Shown: positions 18,270-26,613 of the stretch, piece after piece
How positions within the stretch are numbered: the first letter of the stretch is position 1
Layout: each line of letters begins with the position of its first letter
NCBI GenBank assembly: GCA_001775475.1
Contig: MEWW01000017.1
Coordinates: 1 to 43,214 of the forward strand
Source of the DNA: Candidatus Adlerbacteria bacterium RIFCSPHIGHO2_12_FULL_53_18
GTDB lineage: Bacteria > Patescibacteriota > Minisyncoccia > Phycocordibacterales > SBAW01
DNA: 43,214 nt
Reading direction: 5' to 3'
Notes under the pieces: generated by a model
What the model was told of the DNA's origin: nothing
What the model saw: the letters and a program-made list of their open reading frames with translations, nothing else
The model's database searches: none
Position numbers and translations under genes: made by a program

Positions 18270-18957
18270 TTCCTACTACGAGCTGGTGAAGCCGCGCATG
18301 GTGCTGATGAATGTCTTGGTAGCTGTGGCGGTGTTTATCTTTGCCTCACCCGAGGTTATTAGCTGGGAGGCACTGAGCGTTATGGCTTCCGGCCTTGCTT
18401 TTGTGGTGGCGAGCGCATGCGTCTTCAACAACTACGCGGACCGGCACCTCGACGCCAAGATGGAGCGCACCAAGAACCGCGGCCTGGTGACCGGCGCAGT
18501 GACGCCCGCGCATGCGCTTGTCTTTGGCGGAGCGCTGCTGGTGTGCGGCGTCTTGCTACTGTATACGGTGCACCCCTTGGCTCTTGGGGTGGCACTCTTC
18601 GGGTTTGCGGTCTATGTGTTTGTCTACACGCCGCTTAAACCAAAAACCGGCTACGCGCTCTATGTGGGTGCTGTCGCGGGCGCCGCACCGCCCCTGGTAG
18701 GCTACGCGGCCGCGGCGCACACACTAGACTATATGGCACTGGCGCTCTTTGCTCTTTTGTTTTTGTGGCAGGTGCCGCACTTTTTGGCCATAGCACGTTA
18801 CCGCTATGATGAGTACTCTGCGGGCGGCGTACCGCTCTTGGTAGAGCGGCCAAAAAGCGCAGAGGAGCGCCAGCGTGCGCGAACAATCTTTTACCTGTCG
18901 CTCCTCGTGCTGCTTTTGTTCTGCCTTATCCTGATAGTCCAGAGGTGGATCAAGTAG
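18262..18957 (+). CDS. cyoE: Heme O synthase (protoheme IX farnesyltransferase), short form
   Basis: LVKPR, NNYADRHLDAKMERTKNR, YTPLK, GAAPPLVG and WQVPHF motifs. Confidence 0.9.
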   Translation: MISSYYELVKPRMVLMNVLVAVAVFIFASPEVISWEALSVMASGLAFVVASACVFNNYADRHLDAKMERTKNRGLVTGAVTPAHALVFGGALLVCGVLLLYTVHPLALGVALFGFAVYVFVYTPLKPKTGYALYVGAVAGAAPPLVGYAAAAHTLDYMALALFALLFLWQVPHFLAIARYRYDEYSAGGVPLLVERPKSAEERQRARTIFYLSLLVLLLFCLILIVQRWIK

Positions 18958-19442
18958 GGGATTATCGAGCCGATAAGAAAAGCGCCGAACGCGCTTGTGG
19001 CGAGCGTCAGTGGCTTTAGGTTGTGGAAAATCACGGTCGTGAGCCCCACGAAGTTAATCAGTATGAGCGCGCCCATCACGGAGTAAAAGTTGATTAAGCT
19101 CCACCAGTTGACCTCGTCTTTCTCGACATGGATGTGGGCGAAATGCTTGAGATAGTGTTGAAGACCCTCGGTACGGACGCGCTGCTCTGCGGCGCGCACG
19201 CCAACAAGATACCCTGCGGCAACCCCCACAATGCCGGCGGGGATAGTGTAGGGAAGCGTCGCAAAGAAAAACTCCCAGTAGGAAATAGTGAGAGTCAAAA
19301 CGATAAAGCAAAAAAACGCGGTCATAATAAACCGCATCCGGATAAAATCGTCTTTGACCGCGTACTTGAGGACAAGGAGGAGCGAGAGAAAGAGGGTCAA
19401 GACGGCGATAACAACGATGATTGAGTTCGGAAGCGCCTCCAT
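18891..19442 (-). CDS. Multi-pass membrane hypothetical protein
   Basis: About 5 TM segments from MEALPNSII; TGATAAAAT 7 nt before the ATG; 3' end overlaps cyoE by 67 bp. Confidence 0.7.
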   Translation of the reverse strand: MEALPNSIIVVIAVLTLFLSLLLVLKYAVKDDFIRMRFIMTAFFCFIVLTLTISYWEFFFATLPYTIPAGIVGVAAGYLVGVRAAEQRVRTEGLQHYLKHFAHIHVEKDEVNWWSLINFYSVMGALILINFVGLTTVIFHNLKPLTLATSAFGAFLIGSIIPYLIHLWTIRIRQNKSSTRSDR

Positions 19443-19470
19443 CCCGCAGATTTTATCATGTAAAAGAAAT

Positions 19471-19503
19471 CGCCGCCCTCGACCAGTGTGGTCTCGGGCG
19501 GCG
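19471..19503 (-). terminator. 33-bp terminator-like hairpin, copy 1
   Basis: CGCCGCCCTCGACCAGTGTGGTCTCGGGCGGCG with a T-rich tail on the minus strand; 30/33 identical to 20265-20297. Confidence 0.7.
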
Positions 19504-19522
19504 TATTCGCGGTGAAGGACGG

Positions 19523-20164
19523 TCAAGACGGCCGGCGCTGGATGGGGAAAATCCTGGGCAGGAGCTCGAACTTGCGCAGGTAGCTCTCCACCCTGCTGAC
19601 GTGGTAGTTGTGCTCGCGACGGTCGTAGATCAGCAGATGCCAGAAGCAGTAGCCGATCAATGTCAGCAGGATGCCGCCAAACGTTTTTTCTGCCCAGTGG
19701 GCGCCAAAGAGCATACCTACGCCGAGCGCGCATATCATACCCAAAAGAAGGAGGGTTGCCGGACCGGTGTCAGCCAGCTGGCGACGTAGCGACCAGTACT
19801 CGAGGTTGTTCCAGGCCAGGTCGAACACCCGTTCGTTGAGAGGTCTTGCGAGATTCTCCCTCAACCCTAAGATAGTCGGTGTCGCCTTGCCGTCGCAATT
19901 CTTCGCCGTGACGAAATATTCATAGAGCTGAGGTTTGCTGGGCGTACGATAGACAGAAATGACGTAGTCCCTGTACTCTTTGGCGCGCATTACTGCTGCC
20001 AGTACCTCATCGCGGTCAGGCTCGTTCTCAAGCAAGTCGTGGAGCTCGGCAAAAGCCTGATCGTAGCCTTGAGCGACCGGAAGTTCAAGCAGGAGATATG
20101 GATTGAGTGCTGCTCTAATAACCTCTTGCTCTTCTTCGCTAGAAAATTCACTTATGTGGGGCAT
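19523..20164 (-). CDS. Hypothetical protein with two C-terminal TM helices
   Basis: 213-aa ORF, GAGGAG upstream, terminator downstream. Confidence 0.7.
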   Translation of the reverse strand: MPHISEFSSEEEQEVIRAALNPYLLLELPVAQGYDQAFAELHDLLENEPDRDEVLAAVMRAKEYRDYVISVYRTPSKPQLYEYFVTAKNCDGKATPTILGLRENLARPLNERVFDLAWNNLEYWSLRRQLADTGPATLLLLGMICALGVGMLFGAHWAEKTFGGILLTLIGYCFWHLLIYDRREHNYHVSRVESYLRKFELLPRIFPIQRRPS

Positions 20165-20264
20165 TTTCTCCTCGCAAAGTTGGGGAGTACTCTCCCGGTG
20201 ACTTTTCTAACGTTAGTGTACCGCCCCGACACATATTTCGCAACAGGTTTTATAAAAAGGGAAG

Positions 20265-20297
20265 CGCCGCCTTCGACCAGTGTGGTCTCAGGCAGCG
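20265..20297 (-). terminator. 33-bp terminator-like hairpin, copy 2
   Basis: CGCCGCCTTCGACCAGTGTGGTCTCAGGCAGCG; differs from copy 1 by one compensatory pair and one wobble. Confidence 0.7.
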
Positions 20298-20310
20298 CAG
20301 AGCGCGGCAG

Positions 20311-20658
20311 TTAGTGGCCGTCGTATATCCATGTGTGCCACTCTTGAGCGGTCTTCTTTTCGACAAAATACAAATAGTGCACTGGGTAACTCGTCCAGCC
20401 TATGCTGATAATGCGACCGACATATTCCATGTCGGCAATGTCCAACCACGCGCAGGTGGTTCACAGCATTTTGTCCAGTTTCTTGATGCCCAGAAACGCC
20501 CTCTTGTCCTCGGGGACAAGTCCGTAGCGGATTACCCAACGCATGTCGGTGGCCGAGTGACAAAAAACACGCTCGTCTGAGGACAAGGAAGCCGGAGATG
20601 AAGCGGCACTTACAAGCGTCATCAGACTCACGGCCGTTACTGTACCGAGGTTCAACAT
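20311..20658 (-). pseudogene. Secreted Cys-x35-Cys protein with in-frame TGA; paralogue of 23960-24316
   Basis: AGGAGG upstream. Reading through TGA 20461-20463 gives TTCAWLDIADMEY...PVHYL...WHTWIYDGH*, which aligns with the 118-aa paralogue. Confidence 0.75.
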
Positions 20659-20780
20659 GAGTGCCTCCTGTAATAATGTACGCGCCAGTTTCCCTTATCA
20701 TCCACTATGCGCCTGAAATAAATGCTGTCAACTTATGCTACACTACGGATATTACAAATATTCGTTAACTGTAAGTCAGT

Positions 20781-21503
20781 ATGAAAAAACTGGTTTTGGG
20801 CGCGGCATTGGTAAGTATGTTCGGGTTTGCTGGAGTTGCGTTCGCGGCGTATTCATTTTTTGGCGATGCGTCTGTGGTGGCGGGTGGTAATCCAGGTAAC
20901 GCAGCTGAGATTGTCTCGGATGCAACGGGCGCAGCGTTTGGCGGGGTGCTTATCCCTCTTGCAGCACCGGTTGCATGGGCAGACTTCGATACTTTGAGTC
21001 TCGATTACAACATAACGGACGATAACTGCGGCGGCGGCTCACCGCGTGCACAGGTACGTATAGACACTACCGGCGACGGCGTCTCGGACGGTTCTGTTCG
21101 CATTGCACTTGGTCCATCACCAAACTTCACGGGTTGCGCCGCTGGGTGGCAGAGCACAGGCAACCTTATAGGCAATGAAGATGCTGGACGCTATGATTAC
21201 AGCGTATTCGGCGGGTCGCCATTTACGACTTACAGCAATGCACCTGCAGTAGTTACAGCTGGACAAGTTGTTGGCGTTACAGTTCTTGTCGACGGCAGTT
21301 GGAGCGCGGCAGCTACTGGCGGTGACAGCGAGCAGACCACTCTTGTAGATAATATTAATGTAAACGGCGAGATTGAGACCTTTGATCCGCCTCCGGGCCC
21401 CGAAACGAAAGACGACTGCAAGGATGGCGGTTGGGAAGGGTTTGGCTTTGAGAATCAAGGCCAGTGTGTTGCTTCGGTGGTGAGTCAGAGCGAAAACCAC
21501 TAA
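20781..21503 (+). CDS. Secreted protein with C-terminal CK.GGW...F.NQG.C motif
   Basis: Signal peptide (AFA), Gly/Asp-rich beta domain, TKDDCKDGGWEGFGFENQGQCVASV tail. Confidence 0.75.
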   Translation: MKKLVLGAALVSMFGFAGVAFAAYSFFGDASVVAGGNPGNAAEIVSDATGAAFGGVLIPLAAPVAWADFDTLSLDYNITDDNCGGGSPRAQVRIDTTGDGVSDGSVRIALGPSPNFTGCAAGWQSTGNLIGNEDAGRYDYSVFGGSPFTTYSNAPAVVTAGQVVGVTVLVDGSWSAAATGGDSEQTTLVDNINVNGEIETFDPPPGPETKDDCKDGGWEGFGFENQGQCVASVVSQSENH

Positions 21504-21520
21504 GGTACATCCGATTAGTT

Positions 21521-21553
21521 CAACAAAACCGCCCTCAAGGGGCGGTTTTGTTG
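21521..21553. terminator. Intrinsic terminator
   Basis: Perfect 14-bp inverted repeat CAACAAAACCGCCC/GGGCGGTTTTGTTG. Confidence 0.8.
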
Positions 21554-21568
21554 TGCTATGCTCGAGGT

Positions 21569-22294
21569 ATGAAATACGCACCTTATGTAGCTCTCGCCAG
21601 TGGGCTTTTTATTCTTTCTGCAGTTGGGCTTAGTGCAGCGACCGAAGTTATTCCCAACCTTAAGGCACTACCGGCAAGCGACATCAGGCTCGCACAAAGC
21701 GGTAGCTCGACGTTGCTGCGTTTTAGCACCACAGGGTGGAACGACGGCGTAGGGCCACTCGAGGTTTTCGCGGGAGAGATAGATAGAGAAAACGGCAAGC
21801 AAAACGTCTATCAGCGCATCTATAACACCGACGGTACGGTTTCTCGAGAGCCGTTGGTCGGCTCGTTTATCTGGCACGAGGCGCATAATCATTTCCACTT
21901 TGAGGATTACGCGACCTACACGCTGCAGCTTGCAGGTGCACCCGGCGCTTCAGACCGGTTTGGCCAAAAAACCACCTTCTGCATCATGGATACGACGAGG
22001 ATGAACACCAAACTCTCCGGAGCGCCAAAGCGCCCCGTGTATGACACGTGCGGAAGCGTGGTGCAGGGTATGTCAGTTGGTTGGGGCGACACCTACGGCT
22101 ACCAGCTTGCAGGGCAGGAGATTGATGTAACCGGCCTTGCAGACGGTGACTATAAGCTCATCATCGAACTTGATCCTAAAGACAAACTTGACGAGACAAA
22201 CGAAGGAGACAACGTAAGCATAATAGACATCCGCATTTCAAACGGCACGGTAAGCGTCATCGGCGGGGGAAGCCGCGGGCGCGGCAACCACTAG
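21569..22294 (+). CDS. Secreted lysyl oxidase-family copper protein
   Basis: WHEAHNHFH Cu motif, KTTFCIMD, QGMSVGWGDTY, QEIDVTGL.DGDY.L and E.NE.DN motifs; signal peptide. Confidence 0.88.
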   Translation: MKYAPYVALASGLFILSAVGLSAATEVIPNLKALPASDIRLAQSGSSTLLRFSTTGWNDGVGPLEVFAGEIDRENGKQNVYQRIYNTDGTVSREPLVGSFIWHEAHNHFHFEDYATYTLQLAGAPGASDRFGQKTTFCIMDTTRMNTKLSGAPKRPVYDTCGSVVQGMSVGWGDTYGYQLAGQEIDVTGLADGDYKLIIELDPKDKLDETNEGDNVSIIDIRISNGTVSVIGGGSRGRGNH

Positions 22295-23109
22295 CGGCTG
22301 TTGCGGCTCTCGCGCTCTCTAGGCTCTGCCCAGAAGACGTGGGTAAAGACGCTATCGTTGCCGCCCAACTCAAGCTCAAAGAGTGACGCGCGGCCGTCTG
22401 ACGAGCGGCGGACTTCGCGCCCCCAGTGTGTGGGGTCGTCGCCAAGGTCGTCCTGATTTTTCCCCTTGTTTGAGCTTGTGCTCTGCACAAGGGTCGTTGT
22501 GGTGTCGAGGTGTGCGTAAATTTCCTCAAGCATTTCGTAGTCGTGAGCGTTGGGGTGCTGGTTAGGGTTAGGGTCGCTTGAATAATCCATACACGTGCCG
22601 AGCGGCGTATTGCTAAAGTTTTCGTCCTGATGGTCAAGGCCAAAGATATGTCCTATTTCCTGGCACATCACCAGCGCGCGCCAGGTCGGCTTGTTGTAGG
22701 TGCTCATGCCAAAGTACGTGTCGTTCATCTTAACGAGCCCCTTGGTGATGTGGTTGCTGGAGATCCAGATTTGTGCCACGCCAAGCCAGCCGGTACGGCC
22801 ATATTTTTTGGCGCATACCTCTGCTCGGCCAGTCTGTGCGGTGCAGCTGGTACCCGCTTTGCCGGCGACAACACTGGTGTCTAACACACTCGAGACGCTC
22901 CAGTCGGTTGAGGCGGTGCGCAGGTAGCTGTCCCACGCGCTTCCGACATTGTCGCCCAGCTGTAAGGTAAAGGGGTTGCTTGTGCGCGCCCAGTGGTAGG
23001 CACCGGAAACGTTGCCCCACACATGGTCTGCAGAAGCTACTGATGCAAGTAACGTCAGACCTAAAACACCCGCCGCTAATGCACCGAGAGCACGTTGTCT
23101 AGGAGTCAT
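22291..23109 (-). CDS. Secreted matrixin-like (metzincin) protein
   Basis: GWLGVA, QEIGHIFGLDH (HExxHxxGxxH with the first H replaced by Q) and CMDY Met-turn; signal peptide. Confidence 0.75.
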   Translation of the reverse strand: MTPRQRALGALAAGVLGLTLLASVASADHVWGNVSGAYHWARTSNPFTLQLGDNVGSAWDSYLRTASTDWSVSSVLDTSVVAGKAGTSCTAQTGRAEVCAKKYGRTGWLGVAQIWISSNHITKGLVKMNDTYFGMSTYNKPTWRALVMCQEIGHIFGLDHQDENFSNTPLGTCMDYSSDPNPNQHPNAHDYEMLEEIYAHLDTTTTLVQSTSSNKGKNQDDLGDDPTHWGREVRRSSDGRASLFELELGGNDSVFTHVFWAEPRERESRNSR

Positions 23110-23279
23110 ACGGTAAAAGCCTTAAGGATAATTCGATTCTATACTAACACGTACTATGCTCCGCAGAAAAATTCTGTCAACAAGGCATTTGACACGGCTT
23201 TGTAGCAGGAACATAGTGTATTTTAGATGAATCTGTGCTCTCCATGGGGAGAGCCAGCACCGGCAAGGAGGTTAAGGGG

Positions 23280-23849
23280 ATGTTTACAATGCGCACGTTG
23301 CTTGCGGTAGCCTTTGTCTTTGGCGGTGTCTCTTTTGGCAAAGCCGAAGAGCCAGAAGCGGGCCTCGGCACGCTCTGTATGGCCGACTTCCTGTACAAGG
23401 AGGTCAACTACCGAGAGAGTCAAGAGGGTTATCTGAGGCTGCTCGCAGTGCAGGAGATCAACAGTATTGCAGGCGTCACCGTCTGCGACAACTACCTCTA
23501 CAAGTACCTCAAGATTCGGCCAGTTGGTCTCATCAGCGTGCATGGGGCTGTGCACGAGCTATGGCAACTGCGCATAACCTTTCTGCTTTCTACGACGCTC
23601 ATCTATGTGCAGCACCATCCGAGTCAAATTTTCTATCTCTACGGTGCAATCGCTGCGGAAGGGCCGCTGATACCGATACCGGTCCCGCGGCCGGACCTGT
23701 CAGAGCGTGTACAAGCCCCCGACACAAACGAACCCGCTCCCGAGCCGAGGCCTCCAATCGACGACGAACTGCCGGAGCCCGACCCCTGGCTCCCGCCCGA
23801 TGAGTTTGACGTGCTCTCGCCTGAATACCTGCACGAAATTCGGTTCTGA
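23280..23849 (+). CDS. Secreted hypothetical protein (Cys-x35-Cys) with Pro/acidic tail
   Basis: AAGGAGG upstream, signal peptide, terminator at 23871-23900. Confidence 0.65.
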   Translation: MFTMRTLLAVAFVFGGVSFGKAEEPEAGLGTLCMADFLYKEVNYRESQEGYLRLLAVQEINSIAGVTVCDNYLYKYLKIRPVGLISVHGAVHELWQLRITFLLSTTLIYVQHHPSQIFYLYGAIAAEGPLIPIPVPRPDLSERVQAPDTNEPAPEPRPPIDDELPEPDPWLPPDEFDVLSPEYLHEIRF

Positions 23850-23959
23850 GCCGCCTGATGCCCACTTTCGGCCCCGCAAACCATCGCGGGGCTGTTTTTT
23901 ATAAAAACAAAAGCGCCGCCCAAAGAAATGCCTGGGCGGCGGGCAATGTTGGCCGAAAC

Positions 23960-24316
23960 TCACGGGAGACGGAACCACGTCCAGGTGAACCATTTCATTC
24001 CGGTCCTTGCCTCGATGTAGCTCAGACGTCTGACAGGCAGGCGTCTCTCGTTGATAGTGCTGTTGTCCGCCCGGTGATAGACCATGTCGGACATCTTGCG
24101 CCACTCGCAGCTTCCGAGCAGGAAGTCATACCATGTACGCGTAGTGAAGAATGCCAGAAAATTATCGGCGTCCACGACGTAGCGGACGGCGATATCCATG
24201 TCCATACGTGAGCGGCAAAAGACCCGCTCCTCCGGCACCATCCCGGTCTGCTCTTCGTGAGGAGCCGCGGTGAAAGTGACAAGCCCCACCACAGCGACTT
24301 TAACAAGGTGCAGCAT
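23960..24316 (-). CDS. Small secreted hypothetical protein (Cys-x35-Cys)
   Basis: AGGAGGAG upstream, hydrophobic N-terminus, clear paralogy to 20311-20658. Confidence 0.7.
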   Translation of the reverse strand: MLHLVKVAVVGLVTFTAAPHEEQTGMVPEERVFCRSRMDMDIAVRYVVDADNFLAFFTTRTWYDFLLGSCEWRKMSDMVYHRADNSTINERRLPVRRLSYIEARTGMKWFTWTWFRLP

Positions 24317-24440
24317 CGCACTCCTCCTGCGACGTTAGGCCCCTAACCCTATGCCTACTATGCCAGCGGGATACAAGATGTCAATAAAAGGAATGGGGCT
24401 GTTTTATAATTTTATAATTTCAACAATAGTAATACACAGA

Positions 24441-24511
24441 TTTCGCACGTGCGAAAAAAGTGAATAAACGCGCATACACCACTCTTAAGCTATAGCGTAA
24501 GAGTGGTGTAT
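24441..24511. promoter_or_regulatory. Two DNA palindromes, candidate protein-binding sites
   Basis: TTTCGCACGTGCGAAA (24441-24456, perfect) and ATACACCACTCTTA-AGCTATAGCG-TAAGAGTGGTGTAT (24474-24511). Confidence 0.5.
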
Positions 24512-24599
24512 AGAGGTAGAGCCTAAAAAATAAAAAAACGCGCCGCCAAGACTAGGAGGTCAGGGTGGCGCGGAAGCGTACGAAGAGAGGGGAGCCGGA

Positions 24600-25253
24600 T
24601 CAAGTCGGGCTTCTGGTTCGGTGGTAGTGGGTGACGCTCCCTGGCGGGAAGAGATCTTCCGGCGGATACAATATGTTCTGCAACTTCTTCTTATTCTTTT
24701 GGATTGAGAAGGGATAGTAGAAGAAAGCGCCGGCCAGACCGAGCATAAACATAAGGAAGCCGGTGAAGTAGGTGGCCACCAAGCCATCGAGCGGGGTGTA
24801 GAAGTGTTGCCAGCCGCCCGCCCACATGAGTATCGCCAACGCCACCATGAGAAACAGCAGCCCAAAAATGACCGAGATATGGTTCTTCTCCTCGGAGATC
24901 TCCAAGTAGCTCATGTTTTCGAGCTGCTTTTCGGCCAGCTTACGGAGCTCCTCGTCGCCGACAATGTCGTGGCCGGCGGGGTAGGCAAGCCACCGCGCTT
25001 TCGATTCTTTGTGTTTGACGACTACAAGATGGCGCATGCCGAACATGAACGGATAGACACGAGCAGTGGTACCGCCCTTGTGCATGATTTCCATTTCGAC
25101 GACGTTCTGCACTACTTTGGGCAGGCGCAGCAGGTCGGTTGCAAAGCCGATCGGTTTTGGCTCGCGTTGAAAGATGATAGGCGTGAGGTCGGCAACTGCC
25201 GCATTGAGAACACGCGTTCTCGAATATCCGGTTAACAGATGGTCTTCCGACAT
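24600..25253 (-). CDS. Hypothetical protein with two C-terminal TM helices
   Basis: 217-aa ORF, GGGAG upstream, terminator-like hairpin near 24539-24572. Confidence 0.7.
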   Translation of the reverse strand: MSEDHLLTGYSRTRVLNAAVADLTPIIFQREPKPIGFATDLLRLPKVVQNVVEMEIMHKGGTTARVYPFMFGMRHLVVVKHKESKARWLAYPAGHDIVGDEELRKLAEKQLENMSYLEISEEKNHISVIFGLLFLMVALAILMWAGGWQHFYTPLDGLVATYFTGFLMFMLGLAGAFFYYPFSIQKNKKKLQNILYPPEDLFPPGSVTHYHRTRSPT

Positions 25254-25326
25254 CGAACACTCCCGTGGTTGTGTTGAAGATCGTTCATGTTTACATAGCT
25301 AAAATTCCGGCACAAAGTCAAATTTG

Positions 25327-25362
25327 ATATTGACGCTCTTCATGAAGAAATCTCGAATATTT
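25327..25362. repeat. 36-bp direct repeat, left copy
   Basis: ATATTGACGCTCTTCATGAAGAAATCTCGAATATTT; 35/36 identical to 27846-27881. Confidence 0.9.
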
Positions 25363-25374
25363 GTAGAAAAATAA

Positions 25375-25401
25375 AAGGGCGGGGTCGAAGACCCCGCCCT
25401 T
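25375..25401 (-). terminator. Terminator of the GT2/deacetylase unit
   Basis: AAGGGCGGGGTC-GAA-GACCCCGCCCTT with an upstream A-run (T-run on the minus strand). Confidence 0.75.
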
Positions 25402-25425
25402 GACACCTAGTCGGTGCCGCCTTCT

Positions 25426-25689
25426 TCAGCCGCAGCTTGCAGCCGGCTGGCCGCTCGCGTCGACGCGCTTCTCGCACTCCTTCTTGGTGATGCAGATTTC
25501 CTGCACTACGCCGCCGATCTCGGCCTGCACGACATTGCCGTCGCATGGACTGCTGTTCGTCGCGTAGCTCCAGAGGCATCCGCACCCAATGATTGCTGCC
25601 GCAATGGGCAGCCGCAGCGCTCCGTGGGCCAAAGCACCCACGGGGTCGCAGACAAGTCCCGCGTTAAATGACAATGTACTTCTCCTCAT
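25426..25689 (-). CDS. Small Cys-rich exported hypothetical protein
   Basis: Hydrophobic segment followed by several Cys; lies between the deacetylase and the terminator. An alternative TTG start at 25674 follows GAGGAG. Confidence 0.5.
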   Translation of the reverse strand: MRRSTLSFNAGLVCDPVGALAHGALRLPIAAAIIGCGCLWSYATNSSPCDGNVVQAEIGGVVQEICITKKECEKRVDASGQPAASCG

Positions 25690-25723
25690 GTTGTGCGCTT
25701 ATGCGCAGGTGGAAGTTCAGGCG

Positions 25724-26575
25724 TCAGTTCTGTGCCGACAGGCTCGGGATCGCCCGCAGGGCGTCCTTCACCGTTACGGCTTCGACTGCTCCCTCGAGGA
25801 CCTTGCCCAACGTACAGCGGGCAATTTGCTCGAAGTTGTCGGTCGACACTTCATACTTGTTTTCGTCGCTCTGGCCCGGTTCCGGCACGATATCGTGGAA
25901 GCCGAGCACGAGCCAAGAGCGCTCTTTTGCTGCACGGCCGACGGCCGCACAGACGTCTTTGACCGCCGTGTCGCGGGTGACGATGAGGCGGTTCACCTGA
26001 TAGTGGTCGATGCCGGTAAGTGGGTTTTGCCCCTCGCCGGCGTCGCTTTCTCCCCAGGCGCCGACCTGATTGTCGTAGAGATTTTTCACCGTCTCGAGCA
26101 CCGCGTCGTTGTAGTCGCCGGACGGCGAAGCAAACGACGTGGGATAGAAGCCGAGGTTGCGATACATCACCGCCGCCGGATAGCCCAGCTCTTCACGCAG
26201 CTGATGCTCGTCGACAGACGTCAGCATCGGGTGCGAGTGAGAATGAGAGCCCACCTCCCAGTGCATGTCGGTCCAACTCCGAACCTGCTCCCAACTCATC
26301 GTCGCCCCTCTCTCGCCGACTCCGGTTGGGGTGTCGGCAATCCCATCGGTGTTGATGAAGAGCGTACCCGGCAGTCCGTACTTCCGCACGATAGCGCGGC
26401 CGTACTCGTACTGGCTGAGAAGCCCGTCGTCAAACGTGATCGAGACCTTGCCCGTGGGGGTTGGCCGAGGCGCCGGTGTAGGCACCTGCGGTTGTGCCGC
26501 GAGTGCAACGGTAGCAAACACCGCTGCGAAGCACGTATGTGCAAAGCAAGCGGTAATGAGGCGTAGAATCCGCAT
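25724..26575 (-). CDS. Secreted polysaccharide deacetylase (CE4/NodB)
   Basis: TFDDG, HSHSHP, FASPSG and LGFH motifs; signal peptide; GAGGAG upstream. Confidence 0.92.
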   Translation of the reverse strand: MRILRLITACFAHTCFAAVFATVALAAQPQVPTPAPRPTPTGKVSITFDDGLLSQYEYGRAIVRKYGLPGTLFINTDGIADTPTGVGERGATMSWEQVRSWTDMHWEVGSHSHSHPMLTSVDEHQLREELGYPAAVMYRNLGFYPTSFASPSGDYNDAVLETVKNLYDNQVGAWGESDAGEGQNPLTGIDHYQVNRLIVTRDTAVKDVCAAVGRAAKERSWLVLGFHDIVPEPGQSDENKYEVSTDNFEQIARCTLGKVLEGAVEAVTVKDALRAIPSLSAQN

Positions 26576-26613
26576 GAGTAAGTTCTCCTCTCTTGTGCGG
26601 GTTGGTAGGGAAG

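Noticed and set aside
20461-20463. Genome-wide TGA recoding (code 25 or 4) or selenocysteine
   Set aside because: TGA ends several genes at ATGA overlaps or expected C-termini (1898, 17828, 33263); the codon aligns to Leu, not Cys.
25589-26566. 325-aa plus-strand ORF
   Set aside because: Antisense to the polysaccharide deacetylase, which has clear motifs.
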